This document shows positions 1 through 9,432 of a stretch of 64,000 bases of DNA, one piece after another. The number at the start of each line of letters is the position of its first letter. The stretch's first letter is position 1. The DNA lies in contig CBDDPY010000002.1 in assembly GCA_965232515.1 (NCBI GenBank), forward strand, positions 6,816,001 through 6,880,000. Reading direction: 5' to 3'. The position numbers and the translations under genes were made by a program. The stretch is from Alphaproteobacteria bacterium (GTDB taxonomy: Bacteria > Pseudomonadota > Alphaproteobacteria > GCA-2731375). Below the pieces are notes generated by a model, which searched no databases, had not been told where the DNA came from, and saw nothing but the letters and a program-made list of their open reading frames with translations.

Positions 1-2
1 CG

Positions 3-221
3 TCGAAGCTGGGAGAGATCGACAGCGAGGTCGATCCGGCGAAGCGGCTGGCCGCGATCCGGCAGGCCGAGGACGCCATGGAGGCCAATCCGCCGCTGCT
101 GCCGGTCGCCTGGGAGAAGATCAACGACGGCTGGTACGACTACGTCAAGGGCCACAACCCGTACAATTATTTCGGCATCTACGACGTGGTCCGGATGGAT
201 ACGTTCTGGCTCGACAAGTAG
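3..221 (+). CDS. 3' end of ABC peptide/nickel-family (SBP_bac_5) substrate-binding protein (partial)
   Basis: Frame from nt 3 reads SKLGEIDSEVDPAKRLAAIRQAEDAMEANPPLLPVAW...DTFWLDK*, typical family-5 SBP C-terminus; too short/no start for the ORF track. Confidence 0.75.
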   Translation, partial: SKLGEIDSEVDPAKRLAAIRQAEDAMEANPPLLPVAWEKINDGWYDYVKGHNPYNYFGIYDVVRMDTFWLDK

Positions 222-233
222 CGACGTAACGGC

Positions 234-258
234 GGCGCGCGGTATTTGCCGCGCGCCG
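234..258. terminator. GC-rich hairpin between convergent genes
   Basis: GGCGCGCGG-TATTTG-CCGCGCGCC stem; no clear U-tract. Confidence 0.45.
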
Positions 259-260
259 CG

Positions 261-1649
261 TCAGGCGCATTGGAGCGTCACGGCGACCGTCAGGCCCGGG
301 CCCGCCGGGCTTGGCGCCAGCGTCATGCCGCCGCCGAACAGGCGGGCGATCTCGTTGACGATGGCGAGGCCGAGGCCGCTATGGGCCGACGTTTCGGATG
401 CGCTCGAGACGAAGCGGTCGGAGACGGTCGCTCGCAGGTCGGGCGGAATGCCGCAGCCGTTGTCCTCGACCTCGAGGATCGCCCTGGCGCCGTTCTGTCG
501 CGCGCGCACGGTGATCGCGTTGCCGCCGCTCGCATGCTTGATGGCGTTGTCGATCAGGTTGCCGACGAGCTCGCGGAGCAGCAGCGCGTCCGCCTTGCAC
601 AAAACGGGCGCGTCGCCCTCGAAACCCAGATCGAAACCGGCCTGCGCCGCTTCGATCACCGACGCCTCGCAGGCGGCTCGCGCGACTTCCGTCAAGTCGG
701 CGGTACGATCGGCGAGCGACGCCGAGGACGTCTCGTCGACGCGCGCCAGCAGCAGGAGCTGCGACAGCGTCCGCTCGACATCGACGACGGCCTGGTCGCA
801 GTCGCGCAACGCCGCGCGTGCGTCGGCCAGGTTTTCGGACCGGCCGGCGAGCGCCAGTTGCGTGCGGATGATGGCGAGCGGAGTCCTGAGCTGGTGGCTG
901 GCGTTGCCGGTGAAGTGGCGCAGAGCGGTGAGCGCCTGGTCGAGCCGCGTCATGAAGCCGTTGATGGTGCCGACCAGGCCGGTCACTTCCGACGGCACGT
1001 CGTGCTCGATGGGGTGCAGGTCGTCCGGACTGCGGCGGCCGATGGCGGCCTGCAGTCGGCCGAGCGGAACGAGCGACCGCGTCACCGCGATCCAGACGAT
1101 GACGGCGGCGGCGGCGATCAGCAGGGCCTGGCGCAGGGCGGTGCGCAGCAGGATTTCGCGGCTGAGCCTGTCGCGCGCGTTCGTCGTCTCGGCGATGGCG
1201 ACACGATAGGAAATGGTGCGTTCGCCCGTTGACGCCGCGCCGCGGTAGGCGGCGATACGGATCGGCGCGCCGCGGAAGGTGGCGTCCGAATAGGAGAAGC
1301 GGTCTTCGCCGGCATCGTCGGCTTCCGGCACGACGAGTTGCTCGTAGCCGGTGATGAAATCGCCGTCGGTGGTCTCGACGCGGTAGAATACGCGGTCCTG
1401 GGCCGCCGAGGTCAGCATGTCGAGTGCCACGTAAGGGATGTCGACGTCGAGTTTGCCGTCGTCGTTGACGAAGACCCGCTCGGCGATTGCCAGCGCCGAG
1501 CCGGACAGCACGCGGTCGAAGACCTCGTTCGCCGTATCCCGCGCCGATCGGTCGGCGTCGATCAGCGCGAAGACCCCGATGGTGCAGAGCGGAATCAACA
1601 GGAAAGCGAGCAGACGCCGCCGCAGCGAATAGGCGCCGCCCGCGGTCAA
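261..1649 (-). CDS. tctE: Sensor histidine kinase TctE-like (2CSK_N sensor domain)
   Basis: SLRRRLL N-terminus, two TM helices, H-box ASHQLRTPL, N-box NLIDNAIKH, G2 SGLGLAIV; adjacent to tctD and tctCBA. Confidence 0.88.
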   Translation of the reverse strand: MTAGGAYSLRRRLLAFLLIPLCTIGVFALIDADRSARDTANEVFDRVLSGSALAIAERVFVNDDGKLDVDIPYVALDMLTSAAQDRVFYRVETTDGDFITGYEQLVVPEADDAGEDRFSYSDATFRGAPIRIAAYRGAASTGERTISYRVAIAETTNARDRLSREILLRTALRQALLIAAAAVIVWIAVTRSLVPLGRLQAAIGRRSPDDLHPIEHDVPSEVTGLVGTINGFMTRLDQALTALRHFTGNASHQLRTPLAIIRTQLALAGRSENLADARAALRDCDQAVVDVERTLSQLLLLARVDETSSASLADRTADLTEVARAACEASVIEAAQAGFDLGFEGDAPVLCKADALLLRELVGNLIDNAIKHASGGNAITVRARQNGARAILEVEDNGCGIPPDLRATVSDRFVSSASETSAHSGLGLAIVNEIARLFGGGMTLAPSPAGPGLTVAVTLQCA

Positions 1650-2326
1650 GACGCGCGCTCCGCTTCCGAGAACAGAAAATAGCCCATGCCCCGCGCCGTC
1701 CGGATGCCGACGCCATGCGCGGCGAGGCGCTTGCGCAGGCGGCTGATCGTCTGTTCGACGGCGTTCTCGCTGATATCGGCGTCGAAGGTCGACAGCGCGG
1801 CGACGATCTGCGCTTTCGGCACCACCTGACCGCGCGACATCAGCATCAGGCGGAACACGCTGAGCTCGCGCGGCGAAATCTCGACCGGCGCGCCGTCGGC
1901 CGTCAGGGTGTTGTTGGCGATGTCCAGCACCAGGCCGGAAAAGTCGATGGCCGACTGCGCCTTGCCGGCGCTGCGGCGGATCAGGGCGCGGACGCGGGCT
2001 TCCAGCTCGCTGACCTCGAACGGCTTGGTCAAATAGTCGTCGGCGCCGATGTCGAGGCCACGGACGCGGTCGTCGAGGTCGCCGCGGGCCGTGACCACCA
2101 GGACCGGCACGGTGACGCCGCGGTCGCGCAGGTTTTTCAGGACGTCGAGGCCGTCGAGCCCCGGCAGGCTGAGGTCGAGGATGACGAGCGCGAAGGTCTC
2201 CACCAGAAGTGCGGCCTCGGCCTCTTCGCCGTCACCGACGATGTCGACCTGAAAGCCGCTGCCGGAGAGGACGTCGGCGATGCCTTTCGCCAGCTTCTCG
2301 TTGTCCTCCACAAGCAGAATGCGCAT
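1646..2326 (-). CDS. tctD: OmpR-family response regulator TctD
   Basis: True start MRILLVEDN at 2326 inside ORF 1646..2998; LDLSLPGLDG, GADDYLTKPF, winged helix RTARGMGY; 4-bp overlap with tctE. Confidence 0.9.
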   Translation of the reverse strand: MRILLVEDNEKLAKGIADVLSGSGFQVDIVGDGEEAEAALLVETFALVILDLSLPGLDGLDVLKNLRDRGVTVPVLVVTARGDLDDRVRGLDIGADDYLTKPFEVSELEARVRALIRRSAGKAQSAIDFSGLVLDIANNTLTADGAPVEISPRELSVFRLMLMSRGQVVPKAQIVAALSTFDADISENAVEQTISRLRKRLAAHGVGIRTARGMGYFLFSEAERAS

Positions 2327-2380
2327 TCGCCTGCCTCCCACGCTAAAGTGGTACTGCCCGCAAAACTGCTTGTGAAGGAA

Positions 2381-3481
2381 ATGTTGAGCCGAGACCGGGG
2401 CGGCGCGCCTGCCGCCATGACCGCTGCCGTTTTGCTGACGTTGCTGTTGGCCTGGAGTTTGCCTGCCGGGGCGCAGTCCGTGTTTCCAGCGTTGGAGACG
2501 AGCGAGGAGGGGCCTGTCGTCACGGTCTACTCGTCGCTCGATCTCGGTGTCGCGACGCCGCTGATCGATGCCTTCCAGGCGGACAATCCACGTCTGCGCA
2601 TGGTCTACCACGACTTGCAGACGCTCGACATCTATGAACGCGTGCTGCGGGAGACCGACGCCGGCGAAGAAACGGCCGACCTGGTGATCTCGTCGGCGAT
2701 GGACCTGCAGATGAAGCTCGCCAACGACGGCTATGCGCGCCGGATGGGTTTGGCGAACGCCGGCGGTTGGCCGGGCTGGGCGAACTGGCGGGACACGGTC
2801 TTCGCGCTGACCTACGAGCCGGCGGTGATGATCTATCACAAGCCAAGCTTCGAGGATGCCGATGTGCCGCGGACCCGCGCCGCGCTGGACGCCCTGCTGC
2901 GTCGCGCGGATGACGCCTTTTTCGGTCGGGTCGCGACCTATGACATCGAGCGGGCCGGCGTCGGGTTCCTGTTTCTGGCCCGCGACGCCGAGCACCACCG
3001 CGACGTCTGGCGCCTGGTGCGCAGCCTGGGCGCTGCGGGCGTGAAGCTCTATTCAAATTCGTCGGCGATCCTGGAGCGCGTCGCCGACGGCCGGTTCGCC
3101 GTCGGCTACAATATTCTCGGCTCCTACGCCACGGCCTGGGCCGAGCGCCATCCCGATCTCGGCATCATCCTGCCGACCGATTACACGGTGGTCATGTCCC
3201 GGCTGGCGCTGGTGCCCGAGGCGGCCGCGAACCCGGATCTGGGCGGCCGCTTCCTCGATTTTCTGATGTCGCGGCGCGGGCAGGCGGCGATGGCGCGCGA
3301 CGCCAAGCTGCCGGCATTGCATCCGCAGGTCTCCGGGCCGAACACGGCGGCTGCGCTGCGGGCCGATGTGGGCGCGCAGTTGCGGCCGATCGCCGTCAGT
3401 CCGGGTCTTCTGGTCTATCTCGATCAGGTGAAGCGCGCCCGCTTCATCGACCGCTGGAACCGGGCCCTGCGGGACAAATAG
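2381..3481 (+). CDS. ABC-type (Fe3+/thiamine/polyamine clan) substrate-binding protein without cognate permease
   Basis: C-terminal part of ORF 1487..3481; signal peptide AVLLTLLLAWSLPAGA; ADLVISSAMDLQMKLANDG, GYNILGSY; start may be 2417. Confidence 0.8.
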   Translation: MLSRDRGGAPAAMTAAVLLTLLLAWSLPAGAQSVFPALETSEEGPVVTVYSSLDLGVATPLIDAFQADNPRLRMVYHDLQTLDIYERVLRETDAGEETADLVISSAMDLQMKLANDGYARRMGLANAGGWPGWANWRDTVFALTYEPAVMIYHKPSFEDADVPRTRAALDALLRRADDAFFGRVATYDIERAGVGFLFLARDAEHHRDVWRLVRSLGAAGVKLYSNSSAILERVADGRFAVGYNILGSYATAWAERHPDLGIILPTDYTVVMSRLALVPEAAANPDLGGRFLDFLMSRRGQAAMARDAKLPALHPQVSGPNTAAALRADVGAQLRPIAVSPGLLVYLDQVKRARFIDRWNRALRDK

Positions 3482-3499
3482 CTGTCAGCTAACTGACAG
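3482..3499 (+). promoter_or_regulatory. Putative TctD operator upstream of tctC
   Basis: CTGTCAG-CTAA-CTGACAG: perfect inverted repeat that is also an 11-bp-period direct repeat with 1 mismatch. Confidence 0.55.
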
Positions 3500-3561
3500 G
3501 TTGGTGTGGTTTCCTCCAGGCAGAAGAAAAGTGATCCAAGCGACGCTAGAGGGAGGAAACC

Positions 3562-4536
3562 ATGCTGAAAGCACTGACATCGGCGCTTCAAATCGCCGTC
3601 GTTTCGGCCGCCGCGATCGGCGCGGCGCAGGCGGACGGCCACCAGGTTCTCGACAAAGTTCATTTTCTCATTCCCGGCGGCGCCGGCGGCGGCTGGGACG
3701 GCACGGCGCGTGGCACCGGCGAGGCCCTGACCAAGTCGGGAATCGTCGGCGCGGCGTCGTACGAGAACATGTCGGGCGGCGGCGGCGGCAAGGCCATCGC
3801 GCACATCATTGAGACCAAGGACCAGGGCACGTTGATGGTGAATTCGACGCCTATCGTGATCCGGTCCCTGCAGAAGGTGTTCCCGCAGTCGTTCCGCGAC
3901 CTGACGCCCATCGCCGGCACCATCGGCGACTACGCGACGCTGGTGGTCGGCAAGGATTCGCCGATCAAGGACTTCCCCGGCCTGGTGGCGGCCTACAACG
4001 CCGATCCGCGTAACGTGGCGATCGGCGGCGGTTCCGTCGCCGGCGGCATGGACCATCTGGTGGCGGCGCTGGTGATGAAGAGCACCGGGGCCGATCCCAA
4101 CAAGGTGAAGTACATCCCCTACGATGCCGGCGGCAAGGCCATGGCCGGCCTGCTGTCGGGCGAGATCAAGGCGCTCTCGACCGGCTTCGGCGAGGCCATC
4201 GAGCTGGCGCGGCAAGGCGAGGTGCGCATTCTCTGCGTAACGGCGCCGGCGCGGCTGGACGCGTCGAAGGACACGCCGACCTGCGACGAGGCCGGCGCCA
4301 AGGGCGCCGAGTTCGTCAACTGGCGCGGCTTCTTCGCGGCGCCGGGGCTGCCGGCCGACAAGGCGGCGGCCTATCGGAAGGCGCTCGCCAACATGTACGA
4401 CACGCCGGAATGGGCCACGGTGCGCGACCGCAACGGCTGGGTCGACATCTTCAATCAGGGCGACGACTTCGTCTCTTTCCTGGAAGCCCAGGAAGAGCAG
4501 ATGGGCGGCCTGATGCGCGAGCTCGGCTTCCTCTGA
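3562..4536 (+). CDS. tctC: Tripartite tricarboxylate transporter substrate-binding protein
   Basis: IPGGAGGGWDGTAR, ENMSGGGG, YIPYDAGG, NWRGFFAAPG; RBS GAGGGAGG. Confidence 0.92.
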   Translation: MLKALTSALQIAVVSAAAIGAAQADGHQVLDKVHFLIPGGAGGGWDGTARGTGEALTKSGIVGAASYENMSGGGGGKAIAHIIETKDQGTLMVNSTPIVIRSLQKVFPQSFRDLTPIAGTIGDYATLVVGKDSPIKDFPGLVAAYNADPRNVAIGGGSVAGGMDHLVAALVMKSTGADPNKVKYIPYDAGGKAMAGLLSGEIKALSTGFGEAIELARQGEVRILCVTAPARLDASKDTPTCDEAGAKGAEFVNWRGFFAAPGLPADKAAAYRKALANMYDTPEWATVRDRNGWVDIFNQGDDFVSFLEAQEEQMGGLMRELGFL

Positions 4537-4631
4537 TGCGCTGACTACGGTCGGACGTCTCGCCAGCCTGGCGGGACGCCCGGCTGTCGGCCGCCACGCC
4601 TCCGCCAGCCAGCCGCATTGGGGATCATCCC

Positions 4632-5096
4632 ATGCTGTTCTCGAAAGATCGTATCGGCGGCGTTCTGCTGCTGCTGTTCTGCTTGACCTACGGCTTCTTG
4701 AGCCAGAACATCCGGCTGCTGCCGTTTCAGGAAAACGTCGCCTTCCACGCCCGCACCATGCCGGAAGTCCTGGCGGTGCTGGGGATCGGGCTGTCGCTGA
4801 TCGTGATCCTGTTCTCGGGCGCGGGCGCCAGACCCGAGCTGCGCGGCTATCAGTGGGCGAAGTGCGCGCTGTTCCTGGTCCTGATGTCCGGATACGGCCT
4901 GACGATCCGGCCGCTCGGGTTCATCCTTTCGACGTCGCTGTTCTTGATGATCGGCTTCGCGCTGCTGGGCGAACGTCGGCCGCTGACTTTGGTGCTGGTG
5001 GCCGTGCCGCTGGTGGTCGCGTTCTGGGTGCTGATGAGCCAGGGCCTCGACGTCTTCATCGAGCCGTTGCCCGGCTTCCTGAAGGCGGAGGGCTGA
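4632..5096 (+). CDS. tctB: TTT small membrane subunit
   Basis: 4-5 TM helices, LGFILST motif, between tctC and tctA. Confidence 0.88.
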   Translation: MLFSKDRIGGVLLLLFCLTYGFLSQNIRLLPFQENVAFHARTMPEVLAVLGIGLSLIVILFSGAGARPELRGYQWAKCALFLVLMSGYGLTIRPLGFILSTSLFLMIGFALLGERRPLTLVLVAVPLVVAFWVLMSQGLDVFIEPLPGFLKAEG

Positions 5097-5100
5097 GCCC

Positions 5101-6639
5101 ATGTTGGAAGGCATCCTGATCGGCCTGACGACCGCGCTGACGTTCAGCAACCTGCTGTTCGTCCTGATGGGCTGCCTGGTCGGCACCTTTATCGGCATGC
5201 TGCCGGGCCTGGGGCCGATGTCGGCCATCGCGCTGATGATCCCGATCGCCGCGAGCCTCGATCCCTCGGCCGGGATCATCCTGATGGCGGCGGTCTATTA
5301 CGGCGCCATCTTCGGCGGCTCGACCTCGTCGATCTTGATCAACGCGCCGGGCGTCGCCAGCACGGTGGCGACGTCGTTCGACGGCTTTCCCATGGCGAAG
5401 CAGGGCAGGGCCGGCAAGGCGCTCGCCATCGCCGCCTATTCGTCGTTTTCCGGCGGCGTGATCGCGGCGTTGTTCCTGCTGATCGCGGCGCCATTCCTGG
5501 CCGGCGTGTCGCTGGCCTTCCAGTCGACGGACTATTTCGCGCTGATGGTGCTGGGCCTGGTCGCCGTCGCCGCCTTTGCCGGCAAGGGCGATATGGCCAA
5601 GGCGCTGTTGATGACCGTGATCGGCCTGATGCTGTCGACGGTCGGCACCGACCAGACCCAGGGCGTGCCCCGGTTCACGCTGGGCATGATCGACCTGATC
5701 GATGGCATTTCGTTCCTGCTGCTGGTCATGGCGACCTTCGCATTGTCCGAGGCGCTGATGGCGATCCTGAAGCCGAAGGACGACGCTGAACGGCTGAAGG
5801 AAAAGGAAGCCTCGGAAAACCTCGGCTCCATGGCGATCGGCAAGCACGAGGTCAAGGAGATGGCGCCGGTGATCGGCCGCTCGTCCATTCTCGGCTTTCT
5901 GATCGGTGTGCTGCCGGGCGCGGGCGCGACCATCGCCAGCTTCCTCGCCTACGGAACCGAGCAGCGGCTCGCTGGCCCGAAGAAAGGCGCCGAGTTCGGC
6001 AAGGGTTCGGTGCGCGGCCTGTCGGCGCCAGAGACGGCCAACAACGCGGCGGCCACGGGGTCGTTCGTGCCGCTGCTGACGCTCGGCATTCCGGGCTCCG
6101 GCACGACGGCGATCATGCTCGGCGCGCTGATCGGTTACGGCATTCAGCCGGGCCCGCGTCTATATATCGATCAACCCGAGGTGTTCTGGTCGGTCATCGT
6201 GTCCATGTGGATCGGCAATATCGTGCTCTTGATCCTGAACCTGCCGCTGATCCCTTATATCGCGCGGGTGCTGGCGATCCCGTCGCGGTTCCTGCTGCCG
6301 CTGATCCTGTTCTTCTCGCTGATCGGCGTCTATTTCGTCAGCTTCAACACCTTCGACATCCAGCTGATGGTGATCTTCGCCGTGGCCGCTGTTGTCCTGC
6401 GGTTTCTCGATTTTCCCATGGCGCCGATGATCCTGGGCTTCATTCTGGGCGGCATGATGGAGGAGAACCTGCGCCGGGCGCTGCTGATCAACAACGATAG
6501 CTGGTCGTTCCTGTGGGAGCGCCCGCTGACCCTGTCGATCCTGCTGATCGCCGCTGTCTGCCTGGTGCTGCCCTTCGCGACGGCGCAGATCAAACGCGTG
6601 AAGGACAGCGTCTACGGCCGCACCCGGGAAGGCGACTGA
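5101..6639 (+). CDS. tctA: TTT large permease
   Basis: GMLPGLGP, YYGAIFGGS, GVLPGAGAT, PETANNAA, LGIPGS motifs. Confidence 0.93.
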   Translation: MLEGILIGLTTALTFSNLLFVLMGCLVGTFIGMLPGLGPMSAIALMIPIAASLDPSAGIILMAAVYYGAIFGGSTSSILINAPGVASTVATSFDGFPMAKQGRAGKALAIAAYSSFSGGVIAALFLLIAAPFLAGVSLAFQSTDYFALMVLGLVAVAAFAGKGDMAKALLMTVIGLMLSTVGTDQTQGVPRFTLGMIDLIDGISFLLLVMATFALSEALMAILKPKDDAERLKEKEASENLGSMAIGKHEVKEMAPVIGRSSILGFLIGVLPGAGATIASFLAYGTEQRLAGPKKGAEFGKGSVRGLSAPETANNAAATGSFVPLLTLGIPGSGTTAIMLGALIGYGIQPGPRLYIDQPEVFWSVIVSMWIGNIVLLILNLPLIPYIARVLAIPSRFLLPLILFFSLIGVYFVSFNTFDIQLMVIFAVAAVVLRFLDFPMAPMILGFILGGMMEENLRRALLINNDSWSFLWERPLTLSILLIAAVCLVLPFATAQIKRVKDSVYGRTREGD

Positions 6640-6651
6640 GGTTCAAGCGAA

Positions 6652-7038
6652 CTAGCCGCCATTCGAGCCGCGGTTCCGGTCGACGCGTAACCGGTAGACC
6701 GCGCGGTCGTCGATATACGTCTCGGGGCTGAGTATCCCGTATTGCCCGTCTTCCGATACGGCGAGAAAGCTATCTTCGCTTGATCGAAGGAGCTGCCTTA
6801 GATCGCTGACGGGTGACCCGAAGTCGTCAGGCGGGGCAAAGCGGAAGCCTTTGATGGGCCGGCCGGCCGGCAGATTGGCGATCCGCAAGGCGCCATCCAG
6901 TTCACGTTCGAGATCGTGATCGATCGCGCGCAGGAACTTGGAACGGGATTTCGGTTTGGCGACAAAGCCGAGATAGCGGTCGTGCTTCTGTAGCAGCGCG
7001 CCTTTGAGGAATCTCTGCAATGCCGCTTGTGCTTCCAT
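6652..7038 (-). CDS. Hypothetical protein, atypical codon usage
   Basis: 128-aa ORF filling the gap between tctA and the aminotransferase; more A/T third positions than neighbours; no recognised motif. Confidence 0.6.
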   Translation of the reverse strand: MEAQAALQRFLKGALLQKHDRYLGFVAKPKSRSKFLRAIDHDLERELDGALRIANLPAGRPIKGFRFAPPDDFGSPVSDLRQLLRSSEDSFLAVSEDGQYGILSPETYIDDRAVYRLRVDRNRGSNGG

Positions 7039-7084
7039 TACCCGGCGATTCGACTCTCAGAAATTGCAGCAGAGTTGAACCGGC

Positions 7085-8266
7085 TCAAGCATAGGACGGC
7101 GCGGCCTTGGTGAAGGCGGCGCGGAGCTTGTCGGCGATGGCGTCGATGTCGGCGCAGACGGCGTAGCGGACGTAGCCGGGGAAATGCACGCCGACGACGC
7201 CGGTCTCCTCGATCATGGCAAAGTTGAAGGCCTCTGAACTGTCCATCTGTTTGCCGAAGGCGTTCGTGGGCACTTCCCAGAGGGCGTAGAAGCCGGCCGA
7301 GGGTTCGATGGCGAGGCGCATGCCGGCGTCGCGCATGAGCGTGACCAGCGTCTCGAGGCGACGACGGTAGGTCTCGCGGCCGGCGGCGATGCCGGCCTGG
7401 TCGTCCTCCAAGGCGGCGAGCGCGCCGGCGGCCATGGGCGCGACGTGGCCGGAGTCGATCTTGCCCTTGATCTCGGCCATGTCGGCGATGAAGTCGGGCG
7501 AGCCGACCATGGCGCCGACATGCCAGCCGGTGCCGTTGCCGATCAGCTTCGCCGCGGTGAAGGCCTCGGCCCAGGAGAGCTGGGGGAAATCGACGGCGAC
7601 TTCGGTCAGCGTCGCGTTCTCGTCGGTGTGGGCGAGTGCGGTGTAGGCGGCGTCGTTGAAGAGGCGGATGTCGTTGTCGGCGCAGTGCCGGCAGAGCGTC
7701 GCCAGCCAGTCGCGCGTGGCGATCTGGCCCGAGGGGTTGTGCGGATAGTTGATCATCAGCAGGCCGGTGCCGGGCGCGATGTCGACCGGCGTGAAGCGGA
7801 ACGCGTTCGCGCTCGAGGTCGGCAACGGCACGTTGGTCACGTGATGCAGAAAGCCGCACCAGTCGGTCGGGATCGGATAGCCGGGCTTGGTCATGGTGCC
7901 GACGGTGAGCGGCGCGAGCGCGCCGCCGCAGGCGAGCGGCGGCACGCCCAGAACAGGCTTGATGCCGGGGATCGGCAGGTAGGCGACGTCCTGATCGGAG
8001 ATGTCGCGTTCGAGATGGCCGGCGACGAAGCGCTCGGCGAAGCCGGGCACGCCGGGGCTGAGGTTGTACTGGTAGGCGTGCATTGCCTCGGCGTCGCTCA
8101 TGACCGCGTCGCGGGCGGCCTCGCGCGCGCTCAACAGCGCCGCGCCGCGCGGCTCGCCGATCGACAGGTCCAGCAGCTCGATCCCGCGTCCCTGCGCCTC
8201 GGCGCGCTTGGCGCGCACGAGCTGAAACACGTTGGCGCCGCCCGCCGGCAATCGTCGTTGGCGCAT
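7085..8266 (-). CDS. PLP-dependent aminotransferase class I/II (LL-DAP aminotransferase-like)
   Basis: DLSIGEP, NYPHNPSG, NDAAY, PLP lysine in TAAKL, YVRYAV; RBS GGAGGAAGG. Confidence 0.85.
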   Translation of the reverse strand: MRQRRLPAGGANVFQLVRAKRAEAQGRGIELLDLSIGEPRGAALLSAREAARDAVMSDAEAMHAYQYNLSPGVPGFAERFVAGHLERDISDQDVAYLPIPGIKPVLGVPPLACGGALAPLTVGTMTKPGYPIPTDWCGFLHHVTNVPLPTSSANAFRFTPVDIAPGTGLLMINYPHNPSGQIATRDWLATLCRHCADNDIRLFNDAAYTALAHTDENATLTEVAVDFPQLSWAEAFTAAKLIGNGTGWHVGAMVGSPDFIADMAEIKGKIDSGHVAPMAAGALAALEDDQAGIAAGRETYRRRLETLVTLMRDAGMRLAIEPSAGFYALWEVPTNAFGKQMDSSEAFNFAMIEETGVVGVHFPGYVRYAVCADIDAIADKLRAAFTKAAPSYA

Positions 8267-8374
8267 GGCCCTTCCTCCGTTCCCGCCTTTTGGGCGAGAC
8301 TAGCGCCGTCCGGCGGATCGGGCTAGAACGGTGGGGTCGTTTGTTCAGAACAACAATTGCGTAGGGAGGATGAC

Positions 8375-9358
8375 ATGGCTCGGGTGATTTCACTCGTCGG
8401 CATGGCGGTTGCGCTGGCGCTGACGGCGGGCGCGGCGAATGCGAAGACCTATACGCTGACGCTCTGCGGCGCGAGCCCGGGCGGGCTCTGGTCGCTCTTG
8501 GGCGCGGGCGTGGACTCGGCCATGAAGGCGGCCTATCCCGGTTCCACCGTGACCTATCAGACCTCGGGCGGCGGTTTCGCCAATGTCGGCCTGCTGAGGG
8601 CCAAGAAGTGCGAGCTGGCGATCGTGCACGACGCCGAGGCCAAACTGGCGCTGGAAGGCAAGAAGCCGTTCAAGCAGGCGGCGGGCGACCTGCGGGCCAT
8701 TGCGGTGCTGTACAACTGGGCGCCGATGCAGTTCGTCATGAACAAGGATTTCGCCGACGAGCACGGCATCACGTCCTTCGAGGACATCGTCGCCAAGAAG
8801 GCGCCCGTCAGGATCGGCGTCAACCGGCGGGGCAACGTCGTCAGCCATGTGATCGAATCCATGTTCCAGGCGGCCGGCGCCAGCTTCGACGACATCGAGA
8901 GCTGGGGCGGCAAGGTCGTGTTCGCGGCCTCGAAGGAAATGTCGGGCCTGATCTCGGACCGGCGCATCGATGCATTCGGCAACGGCGTCTTCGTGCGGCA
9001 TCGCTCGGTGCGCCAACCGGCGGAGGCCGTGCCGCTGACGCTGCTGAACGTGTCGGACGCGACCATCGAGAAGGTCCGCGGGAGCTGGGAGATCGGCCGT
9101 TACACCGTGAAAGGCGGCTCGTACGACTGGGCGCCGAACGATGTGCACACGGTCACGCTGTCGGCGCAGCTCGTGGCCTCAAGCTCGTTGAGTGACGAGG
9201 ACGCCTACAACATCACGAAGGCGCTGATCGACAATGTCGGCAAGGTCTCGGGCGTGCACAAGGCGATGAAGAACCTCGACGCCAAGCTCATGGCCGGCTC
9301 GTCGACGCCCTATCACGCGGGCGCCGCGAAGGCCTTCAAGGAGGCCGGCCTGCAATAG
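8375..9358 (+). CDS. TAXI-family TRAP solute receptor
   Basis: Signal peptide, GASPGGLW, TSGGGFANV, PYHAGA; ATG 8375 after GGGAGG. Confidence 0.88.
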   Translation: MARVISLVGMAVALALTAGAANAKTYTLTLCGASPGGLWSLLGAGVDSAMKAAYPGSTVTYQTSGGGFANVGLLRAKKCELAIVHDAEAKLALEGKKPFKQAAGDLRAIAVLYNWAPMQFVMNKDFADEHGITSFEDIVAKKAPVRIGVNRRGNVVSHVIESMFQAAGASFDDIESWGGKVVFAASKEMSGLISDRRIDAFGNGVFVRHRSVRQPAEAVPLTLLNVSDATIEKVRGSWEIGRYTVKGGSYDWAPNDVHTVTLSAQLVASSSLSDEDAYNITKALIDNVGKVSGVHKAMKNLDAKLMAGSSTPYHAGAAKAFKEAGLQ

Positions 9359-9432
9359 CGGCCGCGCGGCCTAGTCTCTCGTAACGGCATCGGCGGCCAG
9401 GTGGCCGCCGATGCGCCTTTCGGACGGCGTCC

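Noticed and set aside
1487-3481. Apparent large overlapping fusion ORFs around tctD and the SBP
   Set aside because: Real starts are internal (2326 minus, 2381/2417 plus); the extensions are antisense read-through
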